The position numbers and the translations under genes are program-made. 32,000 nt of DNA from Vibrio vulnificus CMCP6 (GTDB lineage Bacteria > Pseudomonadota > Gammaproteobacteria > Enterobacterales > Vibrionaceae), in assembly GCF_000039765.1 (NCBI RefSeq), contig NC_004460.2:1140001-1172000 (forward strand). The letters are read 5' to 3'. Under the pieces are notes generated by a model, which had not been told where the DNA came from, did not search any database, and saw only the letters and a list, made by a program, of their open reading frames with translations. Positions within the stretch are counted from its first letter, which is position 1. The number at the start of each line of letters is the position of its first letter. Of the stretch, positions 9,051 to 19,860 are shown piece after piece.

Positions 9051-10514
9051 ATGAAAACCATTGCAAACTCTACCCTAAATGCTGCTGTTTCGCTGCCAGA
9101 TTACGACCGTTCAACGCTCAAAAGCCGTATTATTCACCTTGGTTTCGGTGCTTTCCACCGCGCGCACCAAGCACTGTTCACCCATGAAATGCTGAGCAAA
9201 ACGAGCTCGGATTGGGGCATTTGTGAAATCAACCTATTTGGCGGTGAAGAGTTAATTCAATCGCTGCGCGCGCAAGATCACCTCTACACGGTGGCAGAGA
9301 AAGGCGCACAATCGACCGAAGTCAAAGTGATTGGCTCGGTGACGGAATCACTGCACCCACATTTGGACAGCATCGAAGCTGTGTTAGAAAAAATGGCCGA
9401 GCCACAAGTGGCGATCGTTTCAATGACGATTACCGAGAAAGGCTACTGCGCTGACCCTGCGACGGGCACGCTTGATAAAAACAACCCGCTAGTCATTGCT
9501 GACCTTGCCAACCCAACAGAGCCAAAATCAGCCTTGGGTTACATCGTGCAAGCACTGAAGATGCGCCGTGAACGCGGCCTAACGCCATTTACCGTGATGT
9601 CTTGCGATAACGTGCAAGAGAACGGTCACGTCGCAAAAGCAGCGGTACTGGAATTCGCTCAACTGCTTGACCCAGAATTGCGCGACTGGATCGAAACCAA
9701 CGTTACCTTCCCTTGCACCATGGTTGACCGCATTGTGCCAGCAGCAACCGAAGAGACGTTGACCGAAATCGCTGAGCTACTAGGTTGTGAAGATCCATGT
9801 GGTATCGCTTGTGAACCTTTCCGCCAATGGGTTATCGAGGATAACTTCGTGGCAGGTCGTCCAGATTGGAGCGTGGCTGGCGCCGAATTTGTTGCCGACG
9901 TTGTGCCTTACGAAGAAATGAAACTGCGCATGCTCAATGGTAGCCACTCGTTCCTAGCCTACCTAGGTTACCTTGGTGGTTACGCGCACATCTCTGACAC
10001 CATGACAGACGAAGGCTACCGCAAAGCGGCATTCGACATGATGATGCAAGCGCAAGCCCCTTCGCTGACCATGCCAGAAGGCACCGATCTAGAAGGCTAC
10101 GCCAAGCTGCTTATCGAGCGCTTCACTAACCCAAGCTTGAAACACAAAACATGGCAAATCGCGATGGATGGCAGCCAGAAGATCCCACAACGCATGGGCG
10201 GCAGCTTACGATTCCATCTTGCTCAAGGTTCTAACTTCTCTTGGTTAGCAACAGCGATTGCAGGTTGGATGCGCTACGTATCCGGCGTAGACGAGCAAGG
10301 CAACGACATTGATGTTCGCGATCCGATGGCAGAAACACTACGTCAGATCTGCGATCAACACGGCTTGAACGTTTCTGTCGTGCCTGCGTTGCTCTCAGTT
10401 GAAACCATCTTCCCTGCAGAGCTTGGTCAAAATCCACAAGTGATTGATGCGGTGAGCAGCGCTTACCAATCGCTGATTGATCACGGTGCTCGTGCCACCG
10501 TCGCTGCGCTGTAA
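9051..10514 (+). CDS. uxuB: D-mannonate oxidoreductase / fructuronate reductase (mannitol dehydrogenase family)
   Basis: 487 aa. It has the N-terminal IIHLGFGAFHRAHQA dinucleotide-fold motif and the length of E. coli UxuB. It sits between the TRAP genes and uxaC. Confidence 0.88.
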   Translation: MKTIANSTLNAAVSLPDYDRSTLKSRIIHLGFGAFHRAHQALFTHEMLSKTSSDWGICEINLFGGEELIQSLRAQDHLYTVAEKGAQSTEVKVIGSVTESLHPHLDSIEAVLEKMAEPQVAIVSMTITEKGYCADPATGTLDKNNPLVIADLANPTEPKSALGYIVQALKMRRERGLTPFTVMSCDNVQENGHVAKAAVLEFAQLLDPELRDWIETNVTFPCTMVDRIVPAATEETLTEIAELLGCEDPCGIACEPFRQWVIEDNFVAGRPDWSVAGAEFVADVVPYEEMKLRMLNGSHSFLAYLGYLGGYAHISDTMTDEGYRKAAFDMMMQAQAPSLTMPEGTDLEGYAKLLIERFTNPSLKHKTWQIAMDGSQKIPQRMGGSLRFHLAQGSNFSWLATAIAGWMRYVSGVDEQGNDIDVRDPMAETLRQICDQHGLNVSVVPALLSVETIFPAELGQNPQVIDAVSSAYQSLIDHGARATVAAL

Positions 10515-10526
10515 TAGGAGTTAACG

Positions 10527-11939
10527 ATGAAGAATTTCTTGTGTGAAGACTTTTTACTCTCAAACGAAACTGCACGCCGCTTGTATCATGAGCATGCTTG
10601 CCACCAGCCAATTTATGATTACCATTGCCACCTAAATCCAGCGGAAGTTGCACAAAATCGCCAGTTCGATAACTTGGGTCAAATCTGGCTTGAAGGCGAT
10701 CACTACAAATGGCGTGGTATGCGCTCAGCAGGCATTGAAGAGCGTTTGATTACGGGTGATGCGAGCGATTACGACAAATACATGGCGTGGGCGAAGACGG
10801 TTCCTCAAACGTTGGGCAACCCGCTTTACCACTGGACGCACTTAGAATTGCGTCGCCCATTCGGCATTACCAATACGCTGTTTAGCCCAGACACCGCTGA
10901 CCAAATTTGGCACCAATGCAATGAGCTGCTTGCGACACCTGAATTTACGGCTCGTGGCATCATGCAGCAAATGAACGTCGTCATGGCGGGCACGACCGAT
11001 GACCCTATTGATTCACTAAAGCACCATAAAACGATCGCAGAAGACGACACCTTTAACGTTAAAGTGCTGCCGAGTTGGCGTCCGGATAAAGCGTTCAAGA
11101 TTGAATTGGACCTGTTTGCGGATTACATGCACAAACTGGGCGAAGTAGCAGACATTGAGATCCGCCGCTTTGATGATTTATTGAGTGCACTCGATAAACG
11201 TTTGGCACACTTCGATGCACATGGCTGTCGTGCGGCAGACCACGGCATTGAGATCGTCCGTTACGCGCCGATCCCAAGCGAGGCTGATTTAGATGTGTTA
11301 TTGGCTCGTCGTTTAAATGGCGAGGTATTGTCAGAGCTTGAATGTGCGCAGTTCTCTACCGCGGTTCAAGTTTGGCTCGGCAAACGCTACGCGCAATTGG
11401 GCTGGGTCATGCAGCTTCATATTGGCGCGCAGCGCAACAACAGCACACGCATGTTCCAACTACTAGGTGCTGATGCAGGTTTTGACTCGATTGGCGATCG
11501 CCCATTTGCTTTTGAGCTGGCACATCTACTGGATGAAATGGACCAAACCAACGAGCTGCCTCGTACTATTCTTTACTGTTTGAACCCTCGTGATAACGAA
11601 ATGATGGCAACCATGATTGGTAACTTCCAAGGTGGCGGCATCGCGGGCAAAGTGCAGTTTGGCTCGGGTTGGTGGTTCAACGACCAGAAAGACGGCATGC
11701 AACGCCAAATGGAACAGCTTTCTCAACTTGGTTTGCTCAGCCAATTCGTCGGCATGTTAACGGACTCGCGCAGCTTCTTGTCTTACACCCGCCACGAATA
11801 CTTCCGCCGCATCCTGTGTGACATGGTCGGTCGTTGGGCAGAGAACGGCGAAGTTCCAAATGACTTATCGTTGCTTGGCCCTATGGTCGAAGACATCTGT
11901 TTTGGTAACGCAAAACGCTACTTTGAAGAGAGGGTGTAA
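10527..11939 (+). CDS. uxaC: Glucuronate (uronate) isomerase
   Basis: 470 aa. The N-terminus [30 protein letters not shown] matches E. coli UxaC as recalled. Confidence 0.95.
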   Translation: MKNFLCEDFLLSNETARRLYHEHACHQPIYDYHCHLNPAEVAQNRQFDNLGQIWLEGDHYKWRGMRSAGIEERLITGDASDYDKYMAWAKTVPQTLGNPLYHWTHLELRRPFGITNTLFSPDTADQIWHQCNELLATPEFTARGIMQQMNVVMAGTTDDPIDSLKHHKTIAEDDTFNVKVLPSWRPDKAFKIELDLFADYMHKLGEVADIEIRRFDDLLSALDKRLAHFDAHGCRAADHGIEIVRYAPIPSEADLDVLLARRLNGEVLSELECAQFSTAVQVWLGKRYAQLGWVMQLHIGAQRNNSTRMFQLLGADAGFDSIGDRPFAFELAHLLDEMDQTNELPRTILYCLNPRDNEMMATMIGNFQGGGIAGKVQFGSGWWFNDQKDGMQRQMEQLSQLGLLSQFVGMLTDSRSFLSYTRHEYFRRILCDMVGRWAENGEVPNDLSLLGPMVEDICFGNAKRYFEERV

Positions 11940-11942
11940 CCA

Positions 11943-12920
11943 ATGAAGCACATCGCCATTATTGGTGAATGTATGATTGAGTTGAATGGCAAACCGTTCG
12001 GCTCAATGCATCAAACATTTGGTGGGGATACGCTCAACGCTGCGGTTTATTTGAGCCGCGGCTGCGAAGCCAATAGCAAACCTGATGAAGTCAAAGTCTC
12101 TTATGTTACGGCGCTTGGCAATGACCCAATCAGTACGGGCATGCTGACTCGCTGGCAAGACGAAGGCGTCTCAACAGACTTAGTGCTACGCGATGAGACT
12201 CGCACGCCGGGTTTGTACCTGATTCAGCTTGATGACCAAGGCGAGCGTACGTTCCTATATTGGCGTAACCAATCAGCTGCGCGTTACTTACTTCAACATC
12301 CAAACTTTGGAATGGTTAAGCAAGCATTAACTCAAGTAGATGCAGTGTTTCTCAGCGGTATCTCTTTGGCCATCTTGCCAGAGGAAGACCGAATTTCACT
12401 GCTTAATTTGTTGGTCGAGCTTAAAGCCCAAGGCGTTGAAATCGCTTTTGATAGTAATTTCCGCCCAGCATTGTGGCCTCAAGACAATAATCTAACCGTC
12501 AAAAACGTGTACCAAGCCATGTATCAACTGACGGACGTTGCCTTGGTGACTTTTGATGATGAGCAATTGATCTGGGGTGACGAAACACCAGAGCAAACCA
12601 TTGAACGCCTTACCTCTCTTGGTGTGGGCAAATGCATCGTCAAGCTCGGCGCAGATGGCTGTTTGGTTCAGGACTCAACAAATCAGGGGGCGGGCGCGGC
12701 TCTGGCTCCACAAGCCGTGCCAACCCAACCTGTCGCCCAAGTGGTGGACACCACATCGGCGGGCGACTCATTCAATGGTGGCTTTTTATCGGCATACCTC
12801 GCTGGCGCCGATCTCGCGACCTCATGTCAAAGAGGCAACGCACTGGCAGGTGCTGTGATTCAACATCGCGGTGCCATCATTCCCAAAGCATTCACACAAC
12901 CGGCGCTTGGCGTCGTTTAA
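11943..12920 (+). CDS. kdgK: 2-dehydro-3-deoxygluconokinase (PfkB family)
   Basis: PfkB-family motifs are present (IIGECMIEL..., VVDTTSAGDSFNGGFL). It lies between uxaC and eda. Confidence 0.88.
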   Translation: MKHIAIIGECMIELNGKPFGSMHQTFGGDTLNAAVYLSRGCEANSKPDEVKVSYVTALGNDPISTGMLTRWQDEGVSTDLVLRDETRTPGLYLIQLDDQGERTFLYWRNQSAARYLLQHPNFGMVKQALTQVDAVFLSGISLAILPEEDRISLLNLLVELKAQGVEIAFDSNFRPALWPQDNNLTVKNVYQAMYQLTDVALVTFDDEQLIWGDETPEQTIERLTSLGVGKCIVKLGADGCLVQDSTNQGAGAALAPQAVPTQPVAQVVDTTSAGDSFNGGFLSAYLAGADLATSCQRGNALAGAVIQHRGAIIPKAFTQPALGVV

Positions 12921-12929
12921 GGAACATTC

Positions 12930-13559
12930 ATGTCTAGTATTAAAGAACAATTAAAAGCTCTGAAAGTCATCCCAGTTATCGCCATTGATAAAGCAGAAGA
13001 CATTATCCCACTGGGTAAAGTACTGGCAGAAAACGGATTACCAGCGGCTGAAATCACCTTCCGTTCAGCAGCGGCTGCAGAAGCGATTCGTCTACTGCGT
13101 GAAACCCAGCCAGACATGCTGATTGGCGCAGGTACGGTGCTAAACCGCGAGCAAGCAATTGCAGCAAAAGAAGCCGGCGCAACCTTTATCGTATCGCCTG
13201 GCTTTAACCCAAATACCGTTAAAGCGTGCCAAGAAATCGGCATTGATATCGTACCGGGTGTGAACAACCCAAGCACAGTTGAAGCCGCGCTAGAAATGGG
13301 ATTAACCACCTTGAAGTTCTTCCCTGCAGAAGCTTCTGGCGGCATCAACATGGTGAAATCACTGCTCGCGCCCTACACCGACATCGAACTAATGCCAACA
13401 GGTGGCATTAACCCTGCGAACATCAAAGATTACTTAGCGATTCCACGCGTGTTGGCCTGTGGCGGAACTTGGATGGTAGACAAGAAACTGATCGAAGAAG
13501 GTAACTGGGAAGAGCTTGCACGCCTAACTCGCGAAGCGGTTGCGCTTGTAAATGAGTAA
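12930..13559 (+). CDS. eda: KDPG / 4-hydroxy-2-oxoglutarate aldolase
   Basis: 209 aa with Eda motifs: LPAAEITFRS, IGAGTVLN, FIVSPG, LKFFPAEASGG. Confidence 0.93.
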   Translation: MSSIKEQLKALKVIPVIAIDKAEDIIPLGKVLAENGLPAAEITFRSAAAAEAIRLLRETQPDMLIGAGTVLNREQAIAAKEAGATFIVSPGFNPNTVKACQEIGIDIVPGVNNPSTVEAALEMGLTTLKFFPAEASGGINMVKSLLAPYTDIELMPTGGINPANIKDYLAIPRVLACGGTWMVDKKLIEEGNWEELARLTREAVALVNE

Positions 13560-13586
13560 TCGCTTTTAGCGATTGAATAAAGTGCC

Positions 13587-13618
13587 CAGCCCTCCCTCGG
13601 TGGAGGGCTGATTCGTTT
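13587..13618 (+). terminator. Rho-independent terminator of the dctQM-uxuB-uxaC-kdgK-eda operon
   Basis: CAGCCCTCC (13587-13595) pairs with GGAGGGCTG (13602-13610), followed by ATTCGTTT. Confidence 0.7.
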
Positions 13619-13653
13619 GCATTCACATTCACTCACGTGGTTAAGGAACCTAG

Positions 13654-14175
13654 ATGGAAAATGGGTTAGCACAAGGCATTGGCGGCATCGCATTTTTGGT
13701 TGGCGTGATGGCCTTCTGGCAGAAAGATGACCTGCGCTTTCGCTATCAGATGATGGCGTTTTGTTTCATCATGGGCGTTCATTTCGCCTTACTGGGCGCA
13801 ACCGTGGCGGCCATTGGCGTGGTCATTAATGGCATTCGCAGTTTCGCCTCAATCAAAACCCAATCACGCAAAGTGATGTGGTTCTTCATTGCTCTTATGT
13901 GGCTGATGACCCTGCCAAACATGAGCCACTTTTTTGAATTCATCACCGTGTTTGGTTCCTCCGTTGCCACTTGGGCACTGTTTTCCAAACAAGGCATCGC
14001 CCTGCGCAGCCTAATTTTATTCAACTCATTTTGTTGGGTGAGCCACAACCTTTGGCTTGGCTCAATCGGTGGCTCCTTGGTTGAGAGCACCTTTATCGTC
14101 ACCAACCTGTTCACCATTTATCGTTTGTTCCAACAACGCACGGCCCAGCGTCACGAGGCGGGAAATCGCGCTTGA
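13654..14175 (+). CDS. YgjV-family inner membrane protein
   Basis: A 173-aa hydrophobic protein. The sequence (IAFLVGVMAFWQKDDLRFRYQMM...) resembles E. coli YgjV as recalled. E. coli ygjV also sits next to hexuronate genes. AAGGAA SD. Confidence 0.6.
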   Translation: MENGLAQGIGGIAFLVGVMAFWQKDDLRFRYQMMAFCFIMGVHFALLGATVAAIGVVINGIRSFASIKTQSRKVMWFFIALMWLMTLPNMSHFFEFITVFGSSVATWALFSKQGIALRSLILFNSFCWVSHNLWLGSIGGSLVESTFIVTNLFTIYRLFQQRTAQRHEAGNRA

Positions 14176-15077
14176 AACTGCGCTAGCAAGAAATCAATAA
14201 ACAATCGAATCCGCTTGGGTTGGTACTGGCGGCTAAGATAAATCACATTCAAATCCGCCCCAGCAGATGAGGTGGAAGCGTTGAAGTTTTTCATGTAACC
14301 ATTGAGCAGCGTGACAAGGCGCTGCTGCTCAATGTCATCTTGCACATCCAGCACGGACTTTAACGCAATGCCAGCACCATCCAGCGCCCATTGACGAATC
14401 ACTTCCCCATCATCGGAAAAACGCTTCGGCACCACGGTAATCACATTGTGCTGATCGTGATCTTGAAAGTGCCAGGTTTTCATCTCTTCGTTGCTGCGCA
14501 CCATGGCTAAACAGTCGTGATGAGCGAGATCCTGCGGCGTCAATGGTGTGCCTTTTCTTGCCAAATAGGCCGGAGAAGCACACAACACGCGGCGGCTCGA
14601 CGCCAACTTACGCGAAATCAGGTTACTGTCGGCCAGTTCCCCATAGCGGATCACAATGTCCAAGCCAGATTCGGCTAAATTGGATAAGTTATCATTGAGG
14701 TAAAGGTAGGGCACAACTTGCGGATATTTCTGTGAAAAGGCAGAAATAATCGGGCTAATGTGCTGCTTTCCGATGTCCCTTGGGGCCGAGATTTTCAATG
14801 TGCCCCGCACTTCTTTACTGCCTGTTTGCAGCAGGTTTTCGGTCTCTATAACGCTATCGATAATGTCTAAACAGGCTTGATGATACATCGCGCCAGAGTC
14901 GGTTAACGAAATATGACGAGTGCTGCGATTAAGCAGTTTTACCCCATAGCGATCTTCCAAGGCTTGCAAGCGAGCGGTGACGGTGGCCGGCGATAAACCC
15001 AGCTCTCGACCTGCTGCAGCCAACCCTTTGTTTTTGACGATGCTGACAAACAACGTCATATCGGAAAACTTATCCAC
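14151..15077 (-). CDS. LysR-family transcriptional regulator
   Basis: It has an N-terminal LTTR wHTH (FVSIVKNKGLAAAGRELGLSPATVTARLQALEDRYGVKLLNRSTR) and a C-terminal substrate-binding domain. It is divergent from the SDR-grxB-nemA genes. Confidence 0.92.
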   Translation of the reverse strand: MDKFSDMTLFVSIVKNKGLAAAGRELGLSPATVTARLQALEDRYGVKLLNRSTRHISLTDSGAMYHQACLDIIDSVIETENLLQTGSKEVRGTLKISAPRDIGKQHISPIISAFSQKYPQVVPYLYLNDNLSNLAESGLDIVIRYGELADSNLISRKLASSRRVLCASPAYLARKGTPLTPQDLAHHDCLAMVRSNEEMKTWHFQDHDQHNVITVVPKRFSDDGEVIRQWALDGAGIALKSVLDVQDDIEQQRLVTLLNGYMKNFNASTSSAGADLNVIYLSRQYQPKRIRLFIDFLLAQFQARFPAS

Positions 15078-15192
15078 GTCCTCTCCCTTATTCCAATTAT
15101 TCAGCTCAGATGAACAATGAATTCAAATATTAACCAATTATCAAAATAAGTCTAATCAATATACTGAGCCCATCGAAACGAATGGGAGAACA

Positions 15193-15864
15193 ATGATGGG
15201 ATCAGACAAAACCGTTTATGTGGTGCTCGGTGGCACCTCCGGCATTGGCGCCGAGTTGGCAAAACAGCTGGAAAGTGATCACACCATCGTGCATGTCGCC
15301 AGCCGCCAAACTGGCCTCGACATCAGCGATGAAAAATCGGTGTATCACTACTTCGAAACTATCGGGGCTTTTGACCACCTAATCGTCACTGCGGGCTCAT
15401 ACGCGCCAGCAGGTAAGGTCGTGGATGTTGAAGTCACCCAAGCCAAATATGCCTTTGATACCAAATTCTGGGGTGCCGTGCTCGCTGCCAAACATGGCGC
15501 TCGCTACCTCAAACAAGGTGGCTCGATCACTCTCACCTCCGGCATGTTGTCACGCAAAGTGGTGGCGAACACCTATGTGAAAGCCGCCATCAATGCGGCC
15601 ATTGAAGCCACAACGAAAGTCTTGGCAAAAGAACTGGCACCGATCCGCGTCAACGCCATCAGCCCCGGTTTAACCAAAACCGAGGCGTACAAAGGCATGA
15701 ATGCCGACGACCGCGATGCCATGTATCAACGAACACAAAGCCATTTACCCGTTGGCAAAGTCGGTGAAGCCAGCGACATCGCGATGGCCTATCTGTTTGC
15801 CATTCAAAACAGCTATATGACCGGCACCGTCATTGATGTCGATGGCGGCGCACTGCTGGGTTAG
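15193..15864 (+). CDS. Short-chain dehydrogenase/reductase (SDR) family oxidoreductase, short/atypical
   Basis: It has the Rossmann motif VLGGTSGIGAEL, VTAG, and the downstream RVNAISPGLTKTE block. GGGAGA SD. It is only 223 aa, and the catalytic YxxxK is not evident by eye (see findings). Confidence 0.8.
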   Translation: MMGSDKTVYVVLGGTSGIGAELAKQLESDHTIVHVASRQTGLDISDEKSVYHYFETIGAFDHLIVTAGSYAPAGKVVDVEVTQAKYAFDTKFWGAVLAAKHGARYLKQGGSITLTSGMLSRKVVANTYVKAAINAAIEATTKVLAKELAPIRVNAISPGLTKTEAYKGMNADDRDAMYQRTQSHLPVGKVGEASDIAMAYLFAIQNSYMTGTVIDVDGGALLG

Positions 15865-15898
15865 GCCACATTCACTCAATATTCTTTAGGACACAAAC

Positions 15899-16528
15899 AT
15901 GAAACTCTATATCTATCAACACTGCCCATTTTGTGCTCGCGTTCGCTACGTGGCGGGCATGCTCAACATCCCACTTGAGATCATAAACCTCGCTTACGAC
16001 GATGACACGACCACCAACGATCTGATTGGGGCCAAACAAGTGCCGCTGTTACTTAAAAATGACGGCCAAGCCCTCGCGGAAAGCTTGGACATCATTGCTT
16101 ACTTTATCGAGCTCGCTCAATCGTCAGAATGCCATCAACCGTCTGAATCGGTGCTGGATTGGCAGCGAAGCGCCTTTCTTCCACTGCAAAAAATCGGCTA
16201 CCCACGTTGGTCAAATATGGATTTGCCAGAGTTTGCCACTCAGTCTGCACGCCAAGCTTGGCGGATGAAAAAGGAAACTGACGCACTCAATTTGGATGCA
16301 CTTCTGCAAGACACACCAAACATTGCCACAGAGGTAGAAGCGCTCATCGAGCGTGCGAAAAGCGTGTTGAATCTCGATTCTTACCAGCACGCTACTTTGG
16401 TTGATGAGGCGATTGTGTTTTCTATTTTACGCGGCTTCTTCAGTGCCGCAGAAATCCAATGGGACAGCGTTGTGAAAGATTGGATGGAATCTGTCAGCGA
16501 CAAAACCCACGTACCGCTACTCAAATAA
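15899..16528 (+). CDS. grxB: Glutaredoxin 2 (GST-like)
   Basis: The N-terminus MKLYIYQHCPFCARVR (CPFC active site) and the 209-aa length match E. coli Grx2 as recalled. Confidence 0.88.
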   Translation: MKLYIYQHCPFCARVRYVAGMLNIPLEIINLAYDDDTTTNDLIGAKQVPLLLKNDGQALAESLDIIAYFIELAQSSECHQPSESVLDWQRSAFLPLQKIGYPRWSNMDLPEFATQSARQAWRMKKETDALNLDALLQDTPNIATEVEALIERAKSVLNLDSYQHATLVDEAIVFSILRGFFSAAEIQWDSVVKDWMESVSDKTHVPLLK

Positions 16529-16538
16529 GGAACCGATC

Positions 16539-17633
16539 ATGAGCAAACTGTTTGAACCAACTCAACTAAAACACCTTGATCTGCAAAACCGTGTGGCGAT
16601 GGCGCCGATGACCCGAGCCCGCACCAGTCAACCGGGTAATATTCCCAACGCAATGATGGCTACTTACTACAAGCAGCGCGCAAGCGCGGGATTGATCATC
16701 TCTGAAGCGACCCAGATTTCCGATGATTCACAAGGCTACTCGTTCACACCCGGCGTTTATACCGATGAACAAGTGGCCGGTTGGAAGAGAGTCACTCAAG
16801 CGGTGAAATCACAAGGCGCCGCCATGTTCTGCCAGCTTTGGCATGTAGGCCGTGTATCACACCCAGTGTTCCAAAAAGGTGAACAGCCCATCGCACCGTC
16901 TGCGCTTGCTCCAGTGGAGACTAAAGTGTGGATCGCCGATGAGCAAGGCAACGGCAATATGGTCGATTGTGTAGAGCCACGAGCGATGACCCAAGATGAT
17001 ATTGACCGTGTTGTTAGTGATTTTGCCTACGCCGCCAAACGCGCGATTGAAGCGGGTTTTGACGGGGTGGAGATCCACGGCGGCAACGGTTATTTGATTG
17101 ACCAGTTTTTACGCACCAACTCCAACCACCGCACAGACCAATACGGCGGTTCACGCGAAAACCGCATTCGCTTTTTATTGCAAGTGGTTGATGCAGTGAG
17201 CCAAGCCATCGGCGCCGACAAAGTAGGGGTCAGGCTCGCACCCTTTATCACTTTTAAAGACATGAACTGCCCCGACATCGTGCCGACCATTCTTGAAGCC
17301 TCAAAACAACTGCAAGCTCGTGATATCGCTTATCTGCATCTCTCTGAAGCAGATTGGGAAGATGCACCCGAGATTCCAGAAAGTTTCCGCATCGAACTGC
17401 GCGAATACTTCACCAACACCATCATCGTTGCGGGCAGCTACACCCAAGCAAGAGCCGATGAGGTACTTGAGAAAGGCTATGCGGATTTAGTGGCCTTTGG
17501 CCGCCCCTTTGTTTCTAACCCAGATTTGGTGGCACGCTTAAAGCACCAACAACCTCTGGCAGAACTGGATGGAGCAACCCTGTTTGGCGGCGATGAACGA
17601 GGTTATACAGATTACACCGCTTTGCATGTGTGA
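16539..17633 (+). CDS. nemA: Old Yellow Enzyme family NADH:flavin oxidoreductase (N-ethylmaleimide reductase-like)
   Basis: 364 aa. The OYE N-terminus LFEPTQL..LQNRVAMAPMTRAR and the blocks HGGNGYLIDQFL and GRPFVSNPDLV are present. Confidence 0.88.
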   Translation: MSKLFEPTQLKHLDLQNRVAMAPMTRARTSQPGNIPNAMMATYYKQRASAGLIISEATQISDDSQGYSFTPGVYTDEQVAGWKRVTQAVKSQGAAMFCQLWHVGRVSHPVFQKGEQPIAPSALAPVETKVWIADEQGNGNMVDCVEPRAMTQDDIDRVVSDFAYAAKRAIEAGFDGVEIHGGNGYLIDQFLRTNSNHRTDQYGGSRENRIRFLLQVVDAVSQAIGADKVGVRLAPFITFKDMNCPDIVPTILEASKQLQARDIAYLHLSEADWEDAPEIPESFRIELREYFTNTIIVAGSYTQARADEVLEKGYADLVAFGRPFVSNPDLVARLKHQQPLAELDGATLFGGDERGYTDYTALHV

Positions 17634-17641
17634 GTGAACGA

Positions 17642-17671
17642 AAAGGGAGATGTGGCCATCTCCCTTTGTTT
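17642..17671. terminator. Bidirectional terminator hairpin (copy A of a duplicated 26-nt palindrome)
   Basis: AAAGGGAGATG-TGGC-CATCTCCCTTT (17642-17667) forms an 11-bp stem followed by GTTT. It sits between convergent nemA (stop at 17633) and ulaG (stop at 17679). Confidence 0.75.
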
Positions 17672-17678
17672 GGATTGC

Positions 17679-18869
<1,191 letters not shown>

Positions 18870-19625
18870 TTACACCAAAATGACCTTCGTCCCTTTTGCT
18901 TCTATCGCTTTGATGACATCGGGATTCGCGCTTTTACCGGTGATCAAAATGTCAATTTTCTCTGCTGGGCAGAACAGCATGCCTGTACGCTGCCCCACTT
19001 TCGAGCTATCGACCACCACCACTAACTTGTCGATTTGCTCTAGCATTTGTTGCTCTGCGACCGCGGTCAGCATATCGGCTTTGTATAACCCCGCTTCCGT
19101 CAGGCCTTTACCAGAAGTAAACATCCAGTTGCCCGCATAACCGCCTAACGAGTTCGGCGCAGGATTAAGAAAGATGTTTTGCGAGCGATTGTATTGGCCA
19201 CCAATGATGATCACGTCGTCATGATCTTCGTTGATTAAATAGCTGGCCAAAGGAAAGTAGTTCGTCACAATTTGCACATCCTGACCACAGAGCCTTTGCC
19301 CAAGTAGGAATGCGGTCGAACCGCAGTTGATCACCACACTATCGCCCGGTTGGCAGAGCTCCGCCGCTTGCATGGCAATGAGCGACTTTTCTTCATAATG
19401 CTCAGTGCTATTGATGTTCAGTGGTGACCACTTTCTCTTTTTCGCTTCAACACGCTCTGCGCCATTACGTACTTTGCGTAACTTGCCTAGCTCATCTAAC
19501 TTCGAAATGTCGCGTCGCGCCGTCGCTGGCGACACATTAAAACGTTCAATGATGTGCGCAACGTTAATCGTCTGATTTTCTTCAAGCAGAGAGAGAATGC
19601 CGTTGTGCCTTTGCACTTCATTCAT
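18870..19625 (-). CDS. ulaR: DeoR-family repressor of the ascorbate regulon
   Basis: MNEVQRH...VSPATARRDISKLDELGKLRKVRNGAE matches E. coli UlaR as recalled. The ATG at 19625 has AAGGTGA 7-8 nt upstream. The tracker start at 19643 is TTG. Confidence 0.9.
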   Translation of the reverse strand: MNEVQRHNGILSLLEENQTINVAHIIERFNVSPATARRDISKLDELGKLRKVRNGAERVEAKKRKWSPLNINSTEHYEEKSLIAMQAAELCQPGDSVVINCGSTAFLLGQRLCGQDVQIVTNYFPLASYLINEDHDDVIIIGGQYNRSQNIFLNPAPNSLGGYAGNWMFTSGKGLTEAGLYKADMLTAVAEQQMLEQIDKLVVVVDSSKVGQRTGMLFCPAEKIDILITGKSANPDVIKAIEAKGTKVILV

Positions 19626-19669
19626 AACTATCACCTTATTCAATTCAAATTCACCGAAATGTCTATCTA

Positions 19670-19738
19670 GTGATTACATGGTGATTACCTGTGATTTATT
19701 TTGATTCTATTAATCACGCTCTTGATTGTCAAATCAAG
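19670..19738. promoter_or_regulatory. Phased array of GTGATTA-type words plus a TTGATT-N4-AATCAA palindrome (candidate UlaR operators)
   Basis: GTGATTAC at 19670, GTGATTAC at 19681, GTGATTTA at 19691 and TTGATTCT at 19701 are direct repeats spaced 10-11 bp apart. TAATCAC (19711-19717) is the inverted form. CTTGATT-gtca-AATCAAG spans 19721-19738. Confidence 0.5.
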
Positions 19739-19860
19739 GTATTCATAAAATATCGAACTCATCACAATTTTTATTAAGCCACTGTATTTAAAGGCATTTA
19801 TGTTTTTCAATGTGATCAAAATACCATTTATTGCCTTTTCCAAGCGGCGAAATTGACAAA

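Noticed and set aside
14151-14175. A 25-nt convergent overlap of the YgjV-like and LysR gene 3' ends with no terminator between them
   Set aside because: The overlap is real in the sequence, but short convergent overlaps are common and carry no specific functional implication that I can support. It is noted only.
15099-15122. ATTCA-N14-TGAAT as a LysR box upstream of the SDR gene
   Set aside because: The arms are only 5 bp and the spacing does not fit the classic T-N11-A LTTR core. It is mentioned in a finding but not called as a feature.
19811-19826. A possible CRP site, TGTGATCAAAATACCA, in the ula control region
   Set aside because: Only the left half-site matches; the right half matches TCACA at 3 of 5 positions. 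It is more simply read as another copy of the TGAT word family.
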